Assembly: GCA_963823335.1 (NCBI GenBank)
Contig: CAWGLD010000007.1
Location: 320,001 to 384,000, forward strand
DNA: 64,000 nucleotides
Direction of reading: 5' to 3'
Origin: an uncultured delta proteobacterium
Lineage (GTDB): Bacteria; Desulfobacterota; Desulfobacteria; Desulfobacterales; B30-G6
Shown: positions 40,524-50,156 of the stretch, one piece after another
Position numbering within the stretch: position 1 is the stretch's first letter
Layout of the letters: each line of letters starts with the position of its first letter
Notes under the pieces: generated by a model
Database searches by the model: none
Told to the model about the DNA's origin: nothing
Seen by the model: the letters and a program-made list of their open reading frames with translations, nothing else
Made by a program: the position numbers and the translations under genes

Positions 40524-42215
40524 ATGAATGACATCCTCACCCTTGTCAGACCCAGGCTCTTGAGTTTCAAGAACGCCTCATTTTTCCGGGGTAAAAAACA
40601 GGGCAGCCTCATGAAACTGCTGCTGTTTGGTGGTATCGGATTCGCTTTCTGGGGGACTATTTTTGGGGTATCGTTCCGAGTTCTACGTTATTTTAAAGGG
40701 GTTGAAGAACTGGGCCACCTCCTCGCATTCAAACTTTTGTCCATGATACTGATCACGCTCCTGTCTCTGCTCATTTTCAGCAGTATTCTCACATCCCTGT
40801 CAAAACTTTTCTTGAGCAAAGATCTGAATCTGGTACACGCCATGCCGGTTTCCACTTACCGGATCTTTCTGGCCAGATGGATCGAAAGTACGCTGGACAG
40901 CTCCTGGATGGTCGTCGTCTACCTGCTGCCGGTTTTTCTGGCCTATGGAATCGTGTTTAATGCGGGTCTGTTTTATTACCTCACCGTTGGATCGGCGATT
41001 CTCTCCCTGGCTGTCATCGCTTCCTGCTTGAGTGCCATGATCGTAGTGTCCGCCGTCGTCTTAATACCGGCCAATCGAATTCGAAATCTCTTCGTCTTTC
41101 TGGGTCTGTTGCTTTTTGTTATCCTTTTTATTGCTTTCCGGCTCCTGAAACCCGAAAGGCTGGTCAATCCGGAAGTCTTTTCAACGGCGCTGATGTACCT
41201 TTCGGCGCTTAGGACACCGAATCTGCCCTACCTTCCCAGTACCTGGGCCTTTGATGGTATCCAAGCCGCAATCAATGGATCCATTTCTGAAACCCTCTTT
41301 CATATGGGTCTTTCTTGGTCATGCGCCGGCATGATGGTATTCCTGATGATCCTCATGGCCGACCGGCTCTATCTGACAGGCGTGTCCAAAGCCCAGACGT
41401 CACCGGCCAGGCTTTTGAAGCATAAACTTTCGGGCGACAAAATCCTCCGCTTTCTGCCGGCGCCTCTGAAAGCGTTTGTGGTAAAGGAGATAAAATCGTT
41501 TTTTCGAGATCAGACCCAATGGTCCCAGATATTCCTCATTGGTGGCCTGGTGCTGATTTATATCTTCAATTTCAAGGCACTTCCCCTTGATAAAGCCCCC
41601 ATCAAAACCGTATATCTGCAGAATCTCCTGTCTTTTCTAAATGTAGGCCTGGCATCATTTGTCCTGATCGCCATTGCCGGGCGTTTTGCCTACCCGGCCA
41701 TCAGTAACGAGAACGAAGCTTTCTGGATTGTCAAATCGTCACCCATCTCCCTGGGGCAGTTTTTATGGGTGAAATTCTTCATCTACCTGCTGCCGCTCCT
41801 CATCCTAACCGAAATTCTCATCGTGGTCACGAATATCTTTTTGAATGTCACGCCTTTTATGATGTGTCTATCCACCATAACGATCTTTTTCATGGTGCCC
41901 GGTGTGGTAGGCATCGGCATCGGGTTCGGGGCGGCTTATCCGAATTTCAAATCGGAAAACCCGGCTCAGTCGGTCACAAGTTTTGGCGGACTGCTTTTTA
42001 TGATTTTTTGCGCCGCGTTTGTCGGCGGGATCGTCATGCTGGAAGCCGGGCCTGTCTATAATCTGTTCATGGCCGGCTTTCATCAAAGAACACTGTCCAT
42101 TCTGGAATGGGTGTGGATCATTGGATCCTTTTTGCTGTCTTTGGTAATTTGCATACTGGCGCTGATCCTGCCCATGCGTTTCGGTGAGAAACGCCTGACA
42201 GAGCGCGTCATCTAA
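40524..42215 (+). CDS. Putative ABC-2 exporter permease
   Basis: About 12-14 TM helices, DL.L...MP motif, KE..SFFRD, follows the ABC ATPase. Confidence 0.85.
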   Translation: MNDILTLVRPRLLSFKNASFFRGKKQGSLMKLLLFGGIGFAFWGTIFGVSFRVLRYFKGVEELGHLLAFKLLSMILITLLSLLIFSSILTSLSKLFLSKDLNLVHAMPVSTYRIFLARWIESTLDSSWMVVVYLLPVFLAYGIVFNAGLFYYLTVGSAILSLAVIASCLSAMIVVSAVVLIPANRIRNLFVFLGLLLFVILFIAFRLLKPERLVNPEVFSTALMYLSALRTPNLPYLPSTWAFDGIQAAINGSISETLFHMGLSWSCAGMMVFLMILMADRLYLTGVSKAQTSPARLLKHKLSGDKILRFLPAPLKAFVVKEIKSFFRDQTQWSQIFLIGGLVLIYIFNFKALPLDKAPIKTVYLQNLLSFLNVGLASFVLIAIAGRFAYPAISNENEAFWIVKSSPISLGQFLWVKFFIYLLPLLILTEILIVVTNIFLNVTPFMMCLSTITIFFMVPGVVGIGIGFGAAYPNFKSENPAQSVTSFGGLLFMIFCAAFVGGIVMLEAGPVYNLFMAGFHQRTLSILEWVWIIGSFLLSLVICILALILPMRFGEKRLTERVI

Positions 42216-42243
42216 CCCGGGCAGCTCAAAGCATAACGAAGAA

Positions 42244-42321
42244 CCGAAATAGCGAGCGCACTCTCCGTGGGTTCTGCCGTACGGCAGAACATTCCTCGCA
42301 GTTTGCTGTGAGGTTCTTCAA
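42244..42321 (+). mobile_element. PATE-like element carrying a nested ~31-bp hairpin insertion
   Basis: CCGAAATAGCGAGCGCA...TTCCTCGCAGTTTGCTGTGAGGTTCTTCAA, interrupted by a segment containing the palindrome GTTCTGCCGTACGGCAGAAC. Confidence 0.65.
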
Positions 42322-42338
42322 TTCTTTCTATAAATGCG

Positions 42339-42809
42339 CTACTTGATAATGAAAATCGAAACATTCCTGGCTGCGTTAAGAACCTTTTGCGATGTGCTCC
42401 CGAAAAAGAAATCCTTTATTCCGGAATTCCCCCCCCTGCCGATAACCACTACATCATAGCCGTCTTCAGCCTCGTGAATGATATCCCTGGCAACCCCATC
42501 TTTCAGGTTTTCGTGTTTGATGCTGATGTTTTTTTCCTCGAAACCTTTGTTCATGAGCGTCTCTTTGGCCTGCTGTATGGCGGTCTCCACAAGCTCCTTA
42601 TTTTTGTCTGCCATGCTGCAAAAAGCACTCTGCTGGGATTTAAAATAGGGTATCAGGGCAGGACTGTTCATTTTACACAGGGCTTCTGTATCCATGGCTA
42701 CGCTGAACAGAGTGATGTGCGAGTCCCTGGTAAATGTTTCTGCTACTGCGTTCACTGCCCTTTGTGCATTTTCCGAGTCGTCAAGTGCGATCAAGATCTT
42801 TTTGCTCAT
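42339..42809 (-). CDS. Universal stress protein
   Basis: KILIALDDS, YDVVVIGRGG, FFGSTSQKVL. Confidence 0.92.
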   Translation of the reverse strand: MSKKILIALDDSENAQRAVNAVAETFTRDSHITLFSVAMDTEALCKMNSPALIPYFKSQQSAFCSMADKNKELVETAIQQAKETLMNKGFEEKNISIKHENLKDGVARDIIHEAEDGYDVVVIGRGGNSGIKDFFFGSTSQKVLNAARNVSIFIIK

Positions 42810-42963
42810 GGGGTGTCTCCTTTCGATTCCAGGTTAAAACAAATATAAACGTATTACTTTACTGAAAAATGCCTCATGCATCAACTCTGTTTTTCAAACT
42901 GTTTGACATGCATAACATCTTAATGATTTTATTAGAAGTCATCTCAAAAAAGGAGTCGATATT

Positions 42964-43404
42964 ATGCTGTCCGGTAAGTATCCCCAGCAACCTGTCATTG
43001 CGGTCGGTGCTGTCGTGGTGCGTCAAAACCGCATATTACTGATTCGTCGGGGTAAGGAACCGGCCATGGGGGAATGGGCCATACCCGGAGGGCGGGTTGA
43101 ATTAGGGGAAACCATGCATGAAGCAGCGGCAAGGGAAGTTATGGAAGAAACCTGTGTTTCCATCCGTCCAGGGGAATTGGTATATTTCTTTGAAACGATT
43201 CTGCCCGACCCGGACGGCAGAATTCAGTTTCACTACGCCATCTTCGATTTCATGGCCGAATACCTGGCAGGTGAACCCAATCCCCGGGACGATGCCATGG
43301 ATGCCAGGTGGGTATCGGCCGAAGACGCCGACACCTACAACCTGAACACCAGAACCCGGGAGCTTCTGAACCGTATCGAATTTATCGACAGAACTGGTTT
43401 ATAG
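42964..43404 (+). CDS. NUDIX hydrolase
   Basis: Nudix box GGRVELGETMHEAAAREVMEET. Confidence 0.93.
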   Translation: MLSGKYPQQPVIAVGAVVVRQNRILLIRRGKEPAMGEWAIPGGRVELGETMHEAAAREVMEETCVSIRPGELVYFFETILPDPDGRIQFHYAIFDFMAEYLAGEPNPRDDAMDARWVSAEDADTYNLNTRTRELLNRIEFIDRTGL

Positions 43405-43499
43405 ATATACGTGCCTATAACCACTGCAAAAGTAAGGCCCTAGGGCCGATGGGTGATCCTTGAGCGACCGTGAAACGAGTCTGCCCGTTATCTTTTCCC

Positions 43500-44111
43500 T
43501 TACGATGTCAGCTTGGATGCAATGCTGGCCACATGCCGTCCCTGAAATCGGGCTGCTTCCAGTTCGTTAGCGCTCGGCATTCTCTCACCGGACCCACCGG
43601 CAATCGTGGAAGCACCATAGGGAGATCCACCTGTTATCTCGTCGATTCTCATCTGACCCTGAAAGGTATATGGCAGCCCCACAACCACCATACCATGATG
43701 CAGTAGCGTTACATGAAAGGTCAGGGCAGTCGATTCCTGCCCCCCATGCTGGGTAGCGGTACTTGTAAACACACTGCCGGCCTTGCCCACCAGCGTCCCC
43801 TCGGCCCACAATTGCCCGGTGGCATCCAGGAACTGACGCATCTGGCCACACATATTGCCAAAGCGGGTCGGTGTACCAAAAATTACGGCATCCGCCGATG
43901 CCAGGTCTTCCACCGTGGCCACCGGCACATCCGCCTGTGCTTTTTGGGCATCCAGGGCACCCATTTTTTCAAGAACCGCTTCCGGGAGTGTTTCCGGTAC
44001 GCGCCGCAGAACAGCTTCTGAATGCGGCACCGAATCAACACCGGCTGCCACCGCCTCTGCCATTTGGCGAACATGTCCATAGGTCGAATAATATAAAACG
44101 AGTACTTTCAT
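43500..44111 (-). CDS. wrbA: NAD(P)H:quinone oxidoreductase WrbA
   Basis: [29 protein letters not shown]. Confidence 0.95.
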   Translation of the reverse strand: MKVLVLYYSTYGHVRQMAEAVAAGVDSVPHSEAVLRRVPETLPEAVLEKMGALDAQKAQADVPVATVEDLASADAVIFGTPTRFGNMCGQMRQFLDATGQLWAEGTLVGKAGSVFTSTATQHGGQESTALTFHVTLLHHGMVVVGLPYTFQGQMRIDEITGGSPYGASTIAGGSGERMPSANELEAARFQGRHVASIASKLTS

Positions 44112-44295
44112 GTCGTTGTCCTCCTTTTTGGGTCATATTTACAATGCAATTTCAGGATTTGTCACACCCATTGCATTTTTTTTATTGCATGTTTTTTGTT
44201 TCTGGTTATCATGGAGTATGGTTCGTTCATATACAATTCGGACCTGTCATTACGGGTCCGATCGAAACAGGTGACTTGGCAAGGGAGATTAGGTC

Positions 44296-44526
44296 ATGAA
44301 AGAACTCATCAGTAAAATTGCGCAGGCGCTAGTTGACAAACCCGAAGTTGTGTCGGTTGATGAAGTACATGGCGAGCATACAACGGTTCTTAAACTGACT
44401 GTGGACAAATCAGACCTGGGAAAAATCATTGGTAAAAAGGGCAACACCGCCCGGGCCATCCGGACACTTTTGAGCGCCGCTTCCGGAAAAGTGCAACGAC
44501 GGCATTTCCTTGAAATAGTTGAGTAA
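44296..44526 (+). CDS. khpA: KH-domain RNA-binding protein (KhpA/YlqC family)
   Basis: ALVDKPE.V, DLGKIIGKKG.TARAIRTLL, LEIVE. Confidence 0.88.
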   Translation: MKELISKIAQALVDKPEVVSVDEVHGEHTTVLKLTVDKSDLGKIIGKKGNTARAIRTLLSAASGKVQRRHFLEIVE

Positions 44527-44568
44527 AAAAATAATTACCCGATTATATTGAGCCTTTTAACGCCTTGC

Positions 44569-44637
44569 TCAGGGCTGGGATATGCAGCCACTGCTGCAGT
44601 GGGCCACTCTTCTGAGCATAAATCGTTTGCTAATCAT
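44569..44637 (-). CDS. Putative 22-aa Cys-containing small peptide
   Basis: Strong SD (AAGGGAGGTGA) 4 nt before ATG 44637. MISKRFMLRRVAHCSSGCISQP-TGA. Confidence 0.4.
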   Translation of the reverse strand: MISKRFMLRRVAHCSSGCISQP

Positions 44638-44669
44638 AATCTCACCTCCCTTCTTTCTGTTCGTCCATC

Positions 44670-44921
44670 TCAAATGAATTTTGCGCCAAAAACACCCTCT
44701 TCAGACCACATAACGTTGGCATCCCGGGTGTTTTCCTGGTCATCACATGATATGGCGAGACGGATTCTCATTCCCTTTTCCACGCAACCAGGGGTCTCCG
44801 CATGTATACTGGCACCATAGTTGCTCATATTTTCAATGGCGCCGTTGTAGGTTCTCTCACCCACAATAAACGTCACATCCCTCTTACAGACAGCTCTATC
44901 AGCAAATCTTTTGTCGTTCAT
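44670..44921 (-). CDS. Stand-alone PilZ-domain protein
   Basis: KRFADR (RxxxR) and NMSNYGA (D/NxSxxG), W...G.KF. Confidence 0.8.
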   Translation of the reverse strand: MNDKRFADRAVCKRDVTFIVGERTYNGAIENMSNYGASIHAETPGCVEKGMRIRLAISCDDQENTRDANVMWSEEGVFGAKFI

Positions 44922-45115
44922 ATTGTCACCCCTCATTATTTTTCACTGCCCTGCCATGGGGGCACCTGTATATGTTATTTTACCTGGTATATACTACATC
45001 GTGGTATAGATTTGTCAAGATCAATTGAAAATCAAATTTGCAGATTTGTGGGTTTGAAACAAGAGCCCAACACAGGATTTTGAGCAAAAGACATTTTTGG
45101 GATGGGTTTTAACGA

Positions 45116-46711
45116 TCAATCGTCTTCCCAGTCATATGCCCTGCCGTCCTCATGGCACGCAATATTTCCGACACTTCTGACCCCACAGCTTCGAGCACCG
45201 GAGGCGTAATCTAAATTGTCCTGAATCGTCTGACTGGGGGCTTGCTCGAACCTGGCCGTATCCAGGCCCACAAAATGTCCGACAGCCAGTTTTTGCGTAG
45301 CATGACAGATCGTGCAGAAGATGTCTTTCTCCTCCACGTGCTTTCTGTGCTCGCCGGAATTGAAACTGTTATACTGGTCGTTTCCACGCTCGTGGCATTC
45401 CAGACAATCCGTATCCACATTGATGGTACCGTCGACCCAACTCCGGGTGGATTGGCCGCCATGGCAACGCACCCCGCTACAGGATGCATTGCCGGAATTA
45501 TAACTGAACCCACCCGTTTCCGCACGGTAGTTAGCCGATAGTGCTACATTGGCCGGTGAATCATCATCAAAATGAACCTCTGTGTCGGTACCGGAACCAT
45601 TGTGACAGGCGCTGCACTGCCCGGTGACCCGGTTGAGAGCGTTGTGAAGCACATGGGCTCCCGATCGATTGGGTCGCTGATCTCCAACCGGAAGCAGGGC
45701 GTCGGGTGGATCGTTGTGACAGGTAACACAGTTTTGATCCACCAGGGGGTCTCCGGTCAGATGACAGCCGCCGCAGGCCGTTCCGACACCCCCTTCCGCA
45801 GCTCCCAACAGGTTTGCGCCATGACACAGCGTACAGGCAGTCTCAAAATTATCGGCTGCCTTGTGACTGTTGCCAACAGCTCCCATCCAGGGCAGGGGAT
45901 GGGCGGTTCGTTTCGAATGACAGTCTTCACACCCTTCTGCCAGCTCTCCGACAAGAAGGTCGAAGCGGGGGTTGCTGCCCGGACCGCCGTCAAAGGGGCG
46001 GGCATGACATCTCTGGCAATAGGTCAGGTCGGCTCTGGCCTCCGGCCCATGAAGATCCGGGTCTGTAAAAGGAATGTCGTGCGGCTTGGCAGGACCATCA
46101 GCGTGGCACCCGGATAGAATATTATCGGTGTTCCTGAACGTGTCGCTAAAGCAACTGGGCGCCTCTGAATTGGGTGCTGGACGGTTCTTTGTAAAATCGT
46201 GACAGATGCTGCAGGTAATGCTCTGTCTGCCGGCATTGCGGTGACTCGACAAGTAGTCCGGGGTCACGTCCGTGCTGCCCTGCCATCGTACAGGATGGGC
46301 GCCTGCCTCCGGGTGGCATCCAATTGCCGAACATCCCGTCGTAGCAAAGCCACCGTCGAATCGTATGGTCCCTGGTTCACCATGGCATTCCTGGCAATAA
46401 TAAAGATCTGCCTTGGCGGCAGGCCCGTGGTCAACGGCGTCTGTAAACGGTAGGGCATGCATGCTGAAAGGAGGTCCGGCCGGATGACATTCCAGACAAC
46501 TGGGGGACTTCCCGGCACCTTTAAAATCAATACCGTGACACACTTGGCATCCGGACAAATCATCGTTGGCCACTTCTCCGTGCTCCTCAATGTACTTGGC
46601 CGGATGTGACGCACGGGGTCCCGGCGCTTCCGGGTTGCTTGTGGAACAGGCCAGCAGACCGCTGAAGATCAGCGTCAATACGATCAGAAGGGATGTTTGT
46701 CTGATGGCCAT
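45116..46711 (-). CDS. Multiheme c-type cytochrome lipoprotein (CxxCH/CxxxxCH)
   Basis: Lipobox LLAC, 12 CxxCH, 2 CxxxxCH, plus possible Cx14CH and Cx9CH. Confidence 0.9.
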   Translation of the reverse strand: MAIRQTSLLIVLTLIFSGLLACSTSNPEAPGPRASHPAKYIEEHGEVANDDLSGCQVCHGIDFKGAGKSPSCLECHPAGPPFSMHALPFTDAVDHGPAAKADLYYCQECHGEPGTIRFDGGFATTGCSAIGCHPEAGAHPVRWQGSTDVTPDYLSSHRNAGRQSITCSICHDFTKNRPAPNSEAPSCFSDTFRNTDNILSGCHADGPAKPHDIPFTDPDLHGPEARADLTYCQRCHARPFDGGPGSNPRFDLLVGELAEGCEDCHSKRTAHPLPWMGAVGNSHKAADNFETACTLCHGANLLGAAEGGVGTACGGCHLTGDPLVDQNCVTCHNDPPDALLPVGDQRPNRSGAHVLHNALNRVTGQCSACHNGSGTDTEVHFDDDSPANVALSANYRAETGGFSYNSGNASCSGVRCHGGQSTRSWVDGTINVDTDCLECHERGNDQYNSFNSGEHRKHVEEKDIFCTICHATQKLAVGHFVGLDTARFEQAPSQTIQDNLDYASGARSCGVRSVGNIACHEDGRAYDWEDD

Positions 46712-46873
46712 TTTTTTGGAATTCCTTGTAAAATTGGATGCGTGATATTTATTTACACGTTGTTCCTGCTGATTGTCAAGAAAGTCGCACCGGACTTAGC
46801 GAAAGATCCACTAGATGGTTTGAATATTTTAACTGTCAATGATAACAAGAATAGAATTATAGGAACGATTTAT

Positions 46874-48352
46874 ATGAAAAAATCAAAAGCCGTCATCGCG
46901 ACCCCTTCCTTTTCCGACTTCTACACCACCACCCATCGCCTGTCGGCTCTGGGCGAAAAAATCGTTGAAAAAATTCTGCGCCGCCGGGCATGGGACACCC
47001 GCTTGCTGCATTTTCCCAGGACGGGAAAACAGACCCTGCCACTACCAGCGGCCCTCTCCCATCTGAAAACCTGTCTGGTTCCAGGTGAGTTCGGTCCCAC
47101 CGCATTCTTTTCCAAATATCAGCGTTTTGGGCCCTCTGCCGAAGACAGTGCCGCCGTCATTCTGACGGAAAATCCCGATGCTGTTTTCCTATCCTGTTTT
47201 GCCTTCGCCTACGCCGACGACACCCTGTCTCTTGCCAGACATCTCAAGGCGCAACGCCCATCCGTGCCCGTCTATGTGGGGGGGGCCGGGGTCAGCGTAC
47301 TCCCGGGATATTTTCAAGCCGAAAAAAGTATCGATGCGGTTATTGCCGGTGAAGCAGAATGGGCCCTGGCAAATTTTCTGGGAGAAGATACAGCCCCGGA
47401 TGACAGTATCGATCCTCACCTCGATAGCCCGGTCCGTATCGACGTCGCCATTGCAAGCACACAGTCTGCCAAAACCGGACAGTGGCTGACAACGGCCCTC
47501 AGTCGGGGATGCCCCCGAAAGTGTCGTTTCTGCGCCAATCACCTGACCCATGGCAGGGTCTTTCGAACCGTCCCCATCGAGGCGTTTTTAGCGGCCCTCC
47601 AGACCTTTTCCAGGGACGTTCCCCTGCACATCAACTTTGAAGACGACAATCTTCTCTTGGGCAAGGACTATTTCTTTGCCCTGCTGGAAGCCATCCGAAA
47701 CCGATTCCCCCGGGTGGATTTCAGCGCAGAAAACGGCATGGACTACCTATTGCTCGACGTCAGCACACTGGACAGGCTCATTGCCCTAGGTTTCAGACAG
47801 TTCAATCTTTCCATGGCATCCCTGTCCCCATCCATTCTGAAGGAATCGCACCGTCAGGGAAACCCGGAACACCTGCAGGAGATTCTTTCTTACCTGAGGC
47901 ACAAAAATATCCCGTCCATCACCTATTTCATTTGCGGTCTGAAACAGGACACACCCGATTCCGTACTTGAAAACCTACGCTTTCTATCCAGACAACCGAC
48001 GCTTATCGGCATATCGCTGTTTTATCCGGTACCGGGTCTGCCGGGATTCAGGGACACCCGACCCTTTTTCGAATCCGACTCCCATCTCTGCACCGGAAGC
48101 GCTGCGTTTCCATGGTCAGGATCCCTCACCACGGCCCAGATGATCACCGCCTTCCGTTTGGCCCGTTTTGTCAATTTCATCCAAAAAAAAGAATACCAGT
48201 CACACGAGGGCGATCTGTTGACACGTATTAAAAATGAAAGAAAACTCTATACCTTCCAGCGCAAGGGAAGGCAAAAATGGATGCTGCGACCGCCGGGTCT
48301 GGATAAAGACATGGAAAAGGCGTTTTTTGAAAATATATATTTTCAGTTTTAG
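46874..48352 (+). CDS. B12-binding-domain radical SAM protein
   Basis: N-terminal cobalamin-binding-like region (V.VGG.G), SRGCPRKCRFC, FEDDN. ATG 46874. Confidence 0.85.
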   Translation: MKKSKAVIATPSFSDFYTTTHRLSALGEKIVEKILRRRAWDTRLLHFPRTGKQTLPLPAALSHLKTCLVPGEFGPTAFFSKYQRFGPSAEDSAAVILTENPDAVFLSCFAFAYADDTLSLARHLKAQRPSVPVYVGGAGVSVLPGYFQAEKSIDAVIAGEAEWALANFLGEDTAPDDSIDPHLDSPVRIDVAIASTQSAKTGQWLTTALSRGCPRKCRFCANHLTHGRVFRTVPIEAFLAALQTFSRDVPLHINFEDDNLLLGKDYFFALLEAIRNRFPRVDFSAENGMDYLLLDVSTLDRLIALGFRQFNLSMASLSPSILKESHRQGNPEHLQEILSYLRHKNIPSITYFICGLKQDTPDSVLENLRFLSRQPTLIGISLFYPVPGLPGFRDTRPFFESDSHLCTGSAAFPWSGSLTTAQMITAFRLARFVNFIQKKEYQSHEGDLLTRIKNERKLYTFQRKGRQKWMLRPPGLDKDMEKAFFENIYFQF

Positions 48353-48605
48353 GTGTTACGTTTTAGGTTTTAGGTTCAGGTTGGACTTGCTCGCTGGGAT
48401 TCTGGAAGCGGGAGGCTGCATATAACATGGCGTTCTATACTAAGGACGACCCCTCAAACCCTCCAAACCTCCAACCCTAAAACCCTGCTCTTCCATCCCT
48501 CGGACCCTTGAATCCTTGATCCCTTGAATCCTCTGCCCAACCAGTCGGAAGAAGATCTACCAATAAAGATTTTGACAGATCTGACACACTCGGCAGGATG
48601 CAACA

Positions 48606-50081
48606 TCACGCCTCCATATGCTCATTCTTCAACGTTTCCAATGCCCTTTCTCGTATCTGATCCAGGGATTGCTGAACATCGGCAGGCAATTTCAGCGGCC
48701 GGTGGTTTTCGAGAATGTCCATGGCCTTACTGACCGCTTTTTGGCCCCATGTTTTTTGCCCCTGGGCCATCCAGGGTTCAAGGGTTTCACGGTTGCAGAG
48801 CTGGGGTTGCCAATGTTCCTGTTTAAAATATTTCATGGTCTGTTCGGTTGAAATAAAGGCGCCCTGGGGACCCACCTGGCGGATCACATCCATGCCGATA
48901 TGCTCCGGGTCGATGTCAAAACCGCGAATAACACGCCTCACGTAGCTGATGATCTCCGCATTCATTACAAGTGCCGCCGGAGACCCCACCAGGCCCTGTC
49001 CCAGATATCCAATGTCATGAATCAGATTGGCACCGTCCAGTCCGGCCATGAGTAAAGAGATAGACCATTCCATGCCGGCCTGCTCATCAGGCACGTGTGC
49101 GTCGCTGACCCCGGCTGTTCCCCACATGGGAATGCCGTAATAATGATACAGATCCGCGCAGGCCGACAGAGCCAGCCTGTATTCCGGACAACCATATACA
49201 CATGCAGATGTCTTCATATCCAGGGTGGACATACCGAACCCGGAAATGATCGGCGCACCTTTGGCCCTTAACTGATGAAGGACGATGCCACTCAAGGCTT
49301 CGGCATTTCCAACGGTAATGGCACCGGCCAGGGTCACCGGTGCGCTGGCCCCGGACATCATACCGGGTGTATAGTTTACCGGGACCGCATTGTCGGCACA
49401 AAAAAAGAGTTTTTTGATGGCCCCCGATGAGTGCATCAACGGCGTCAGTGGCTCAGCATAATGGATATGAATCGGCTTTTCCCTCAAGACATCTTTTCCG
49501 CCAACGACAGCCGCAGCCATCTCATTGATGATGGCGATGTCTTTGGTTCCGGCCGCAGTAAAAAAAATGGGCTTTATGGCGTTTTCCAACTGGGTCTTGA
49601 AGGAATCGATGTACATCAGGTTGGTGGGTGAGTCATATGGCAGGGCATAGGATCCCAAAAAATCGATCTCTTCGAGGGAATCGGCTATCCTGGCGGCATT
49701 TGCCACATCCGCCAGTCTCGACTCTCTCAACACGCCGGACACCAGGTCATAGGTTTTGATCAAATCCGTCCCCATACCGAAATAGGATTTATTGCCTTCC
49801 AGGAGCATGGCCTCCTGACCTAAGCGGTTATAGATGGTGATCCGTGAAGGCGCACTGCGGATGCAGTCTTCAACCAGCCAGTTGGGAATCTGGACGATGT
49901 TGTCTGGTTTTATCCGGCAACCGGCATGGGCCATCATATCCAGGGCCTCCGGATGCATCACCTTGACACCCACCGTTTCCAGGAGTTCCAGGGTGGCACA
50001 ATGAATATGTTCGATCTGATCCCGGGTCAGCACCCGATAGACCGGCAGACATTGTGATTTAAAGCCTGTGTTCATTACCAT
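48606..50081 (-). CDS. Trimethylamine methyltransferase (MttB) superfamily protein, non-pyrrolysine
   Basis: IH..TLELLETVG, GASAPVTLAG...NAE.LSG, SDA.VPDEQAG.E, GANLIHD.G. No in-frame amber. Confidence 0.9.
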   Translation of the reverse strand: MVMNTGFKSQCLPVYRVLTRDQIEHIHCATLELLETVGVKVMHPEALDMMAHAGCRIKPDNIVQIPNWLVEDCIRSAPSRITIYNRLGQEAMLLEGNKSYFGMGTDLIKTYDLVSGVLRESRLADVANAARIADSLEEIDFLGSYALPYDSPTNLMYIDSFKTQLENAIKPIFFTAAGTKDIAIINEMAAAVVGGKDVLREKPIHIHYAEPLTPLMHSSGAIKKLFFCADNAVPVNYTPGMMSGASAPVTLAGAITVGNAEALSGIVLHQLRAKGAPIISGFGMSTLDMKTSACVYGCPEYRLALSACADLYHYYGIPMWGTAGVSDAHVPDEQAGMEWSISLLMAGLDGANLIHDIGYLGQGLVGSPAALVMNAEIISYVRRVIRGFDIDPEHIGMDVIRQVGPQGAFISTEQTMKYFKQEHWQPQLCNRETLEPWMAQGQKTWGQKAVSKAMDILENHRPLKLPADVQQSLDQIRERALETLKNEHMEA

Positions 50082-50156
50082 CTGTTTCTCCTCCCAACAT
50101 CCGTTTCACCCTCGACAGAGCGAAATGGGTGATCCTATGGCGATTTGCCATGTTGT

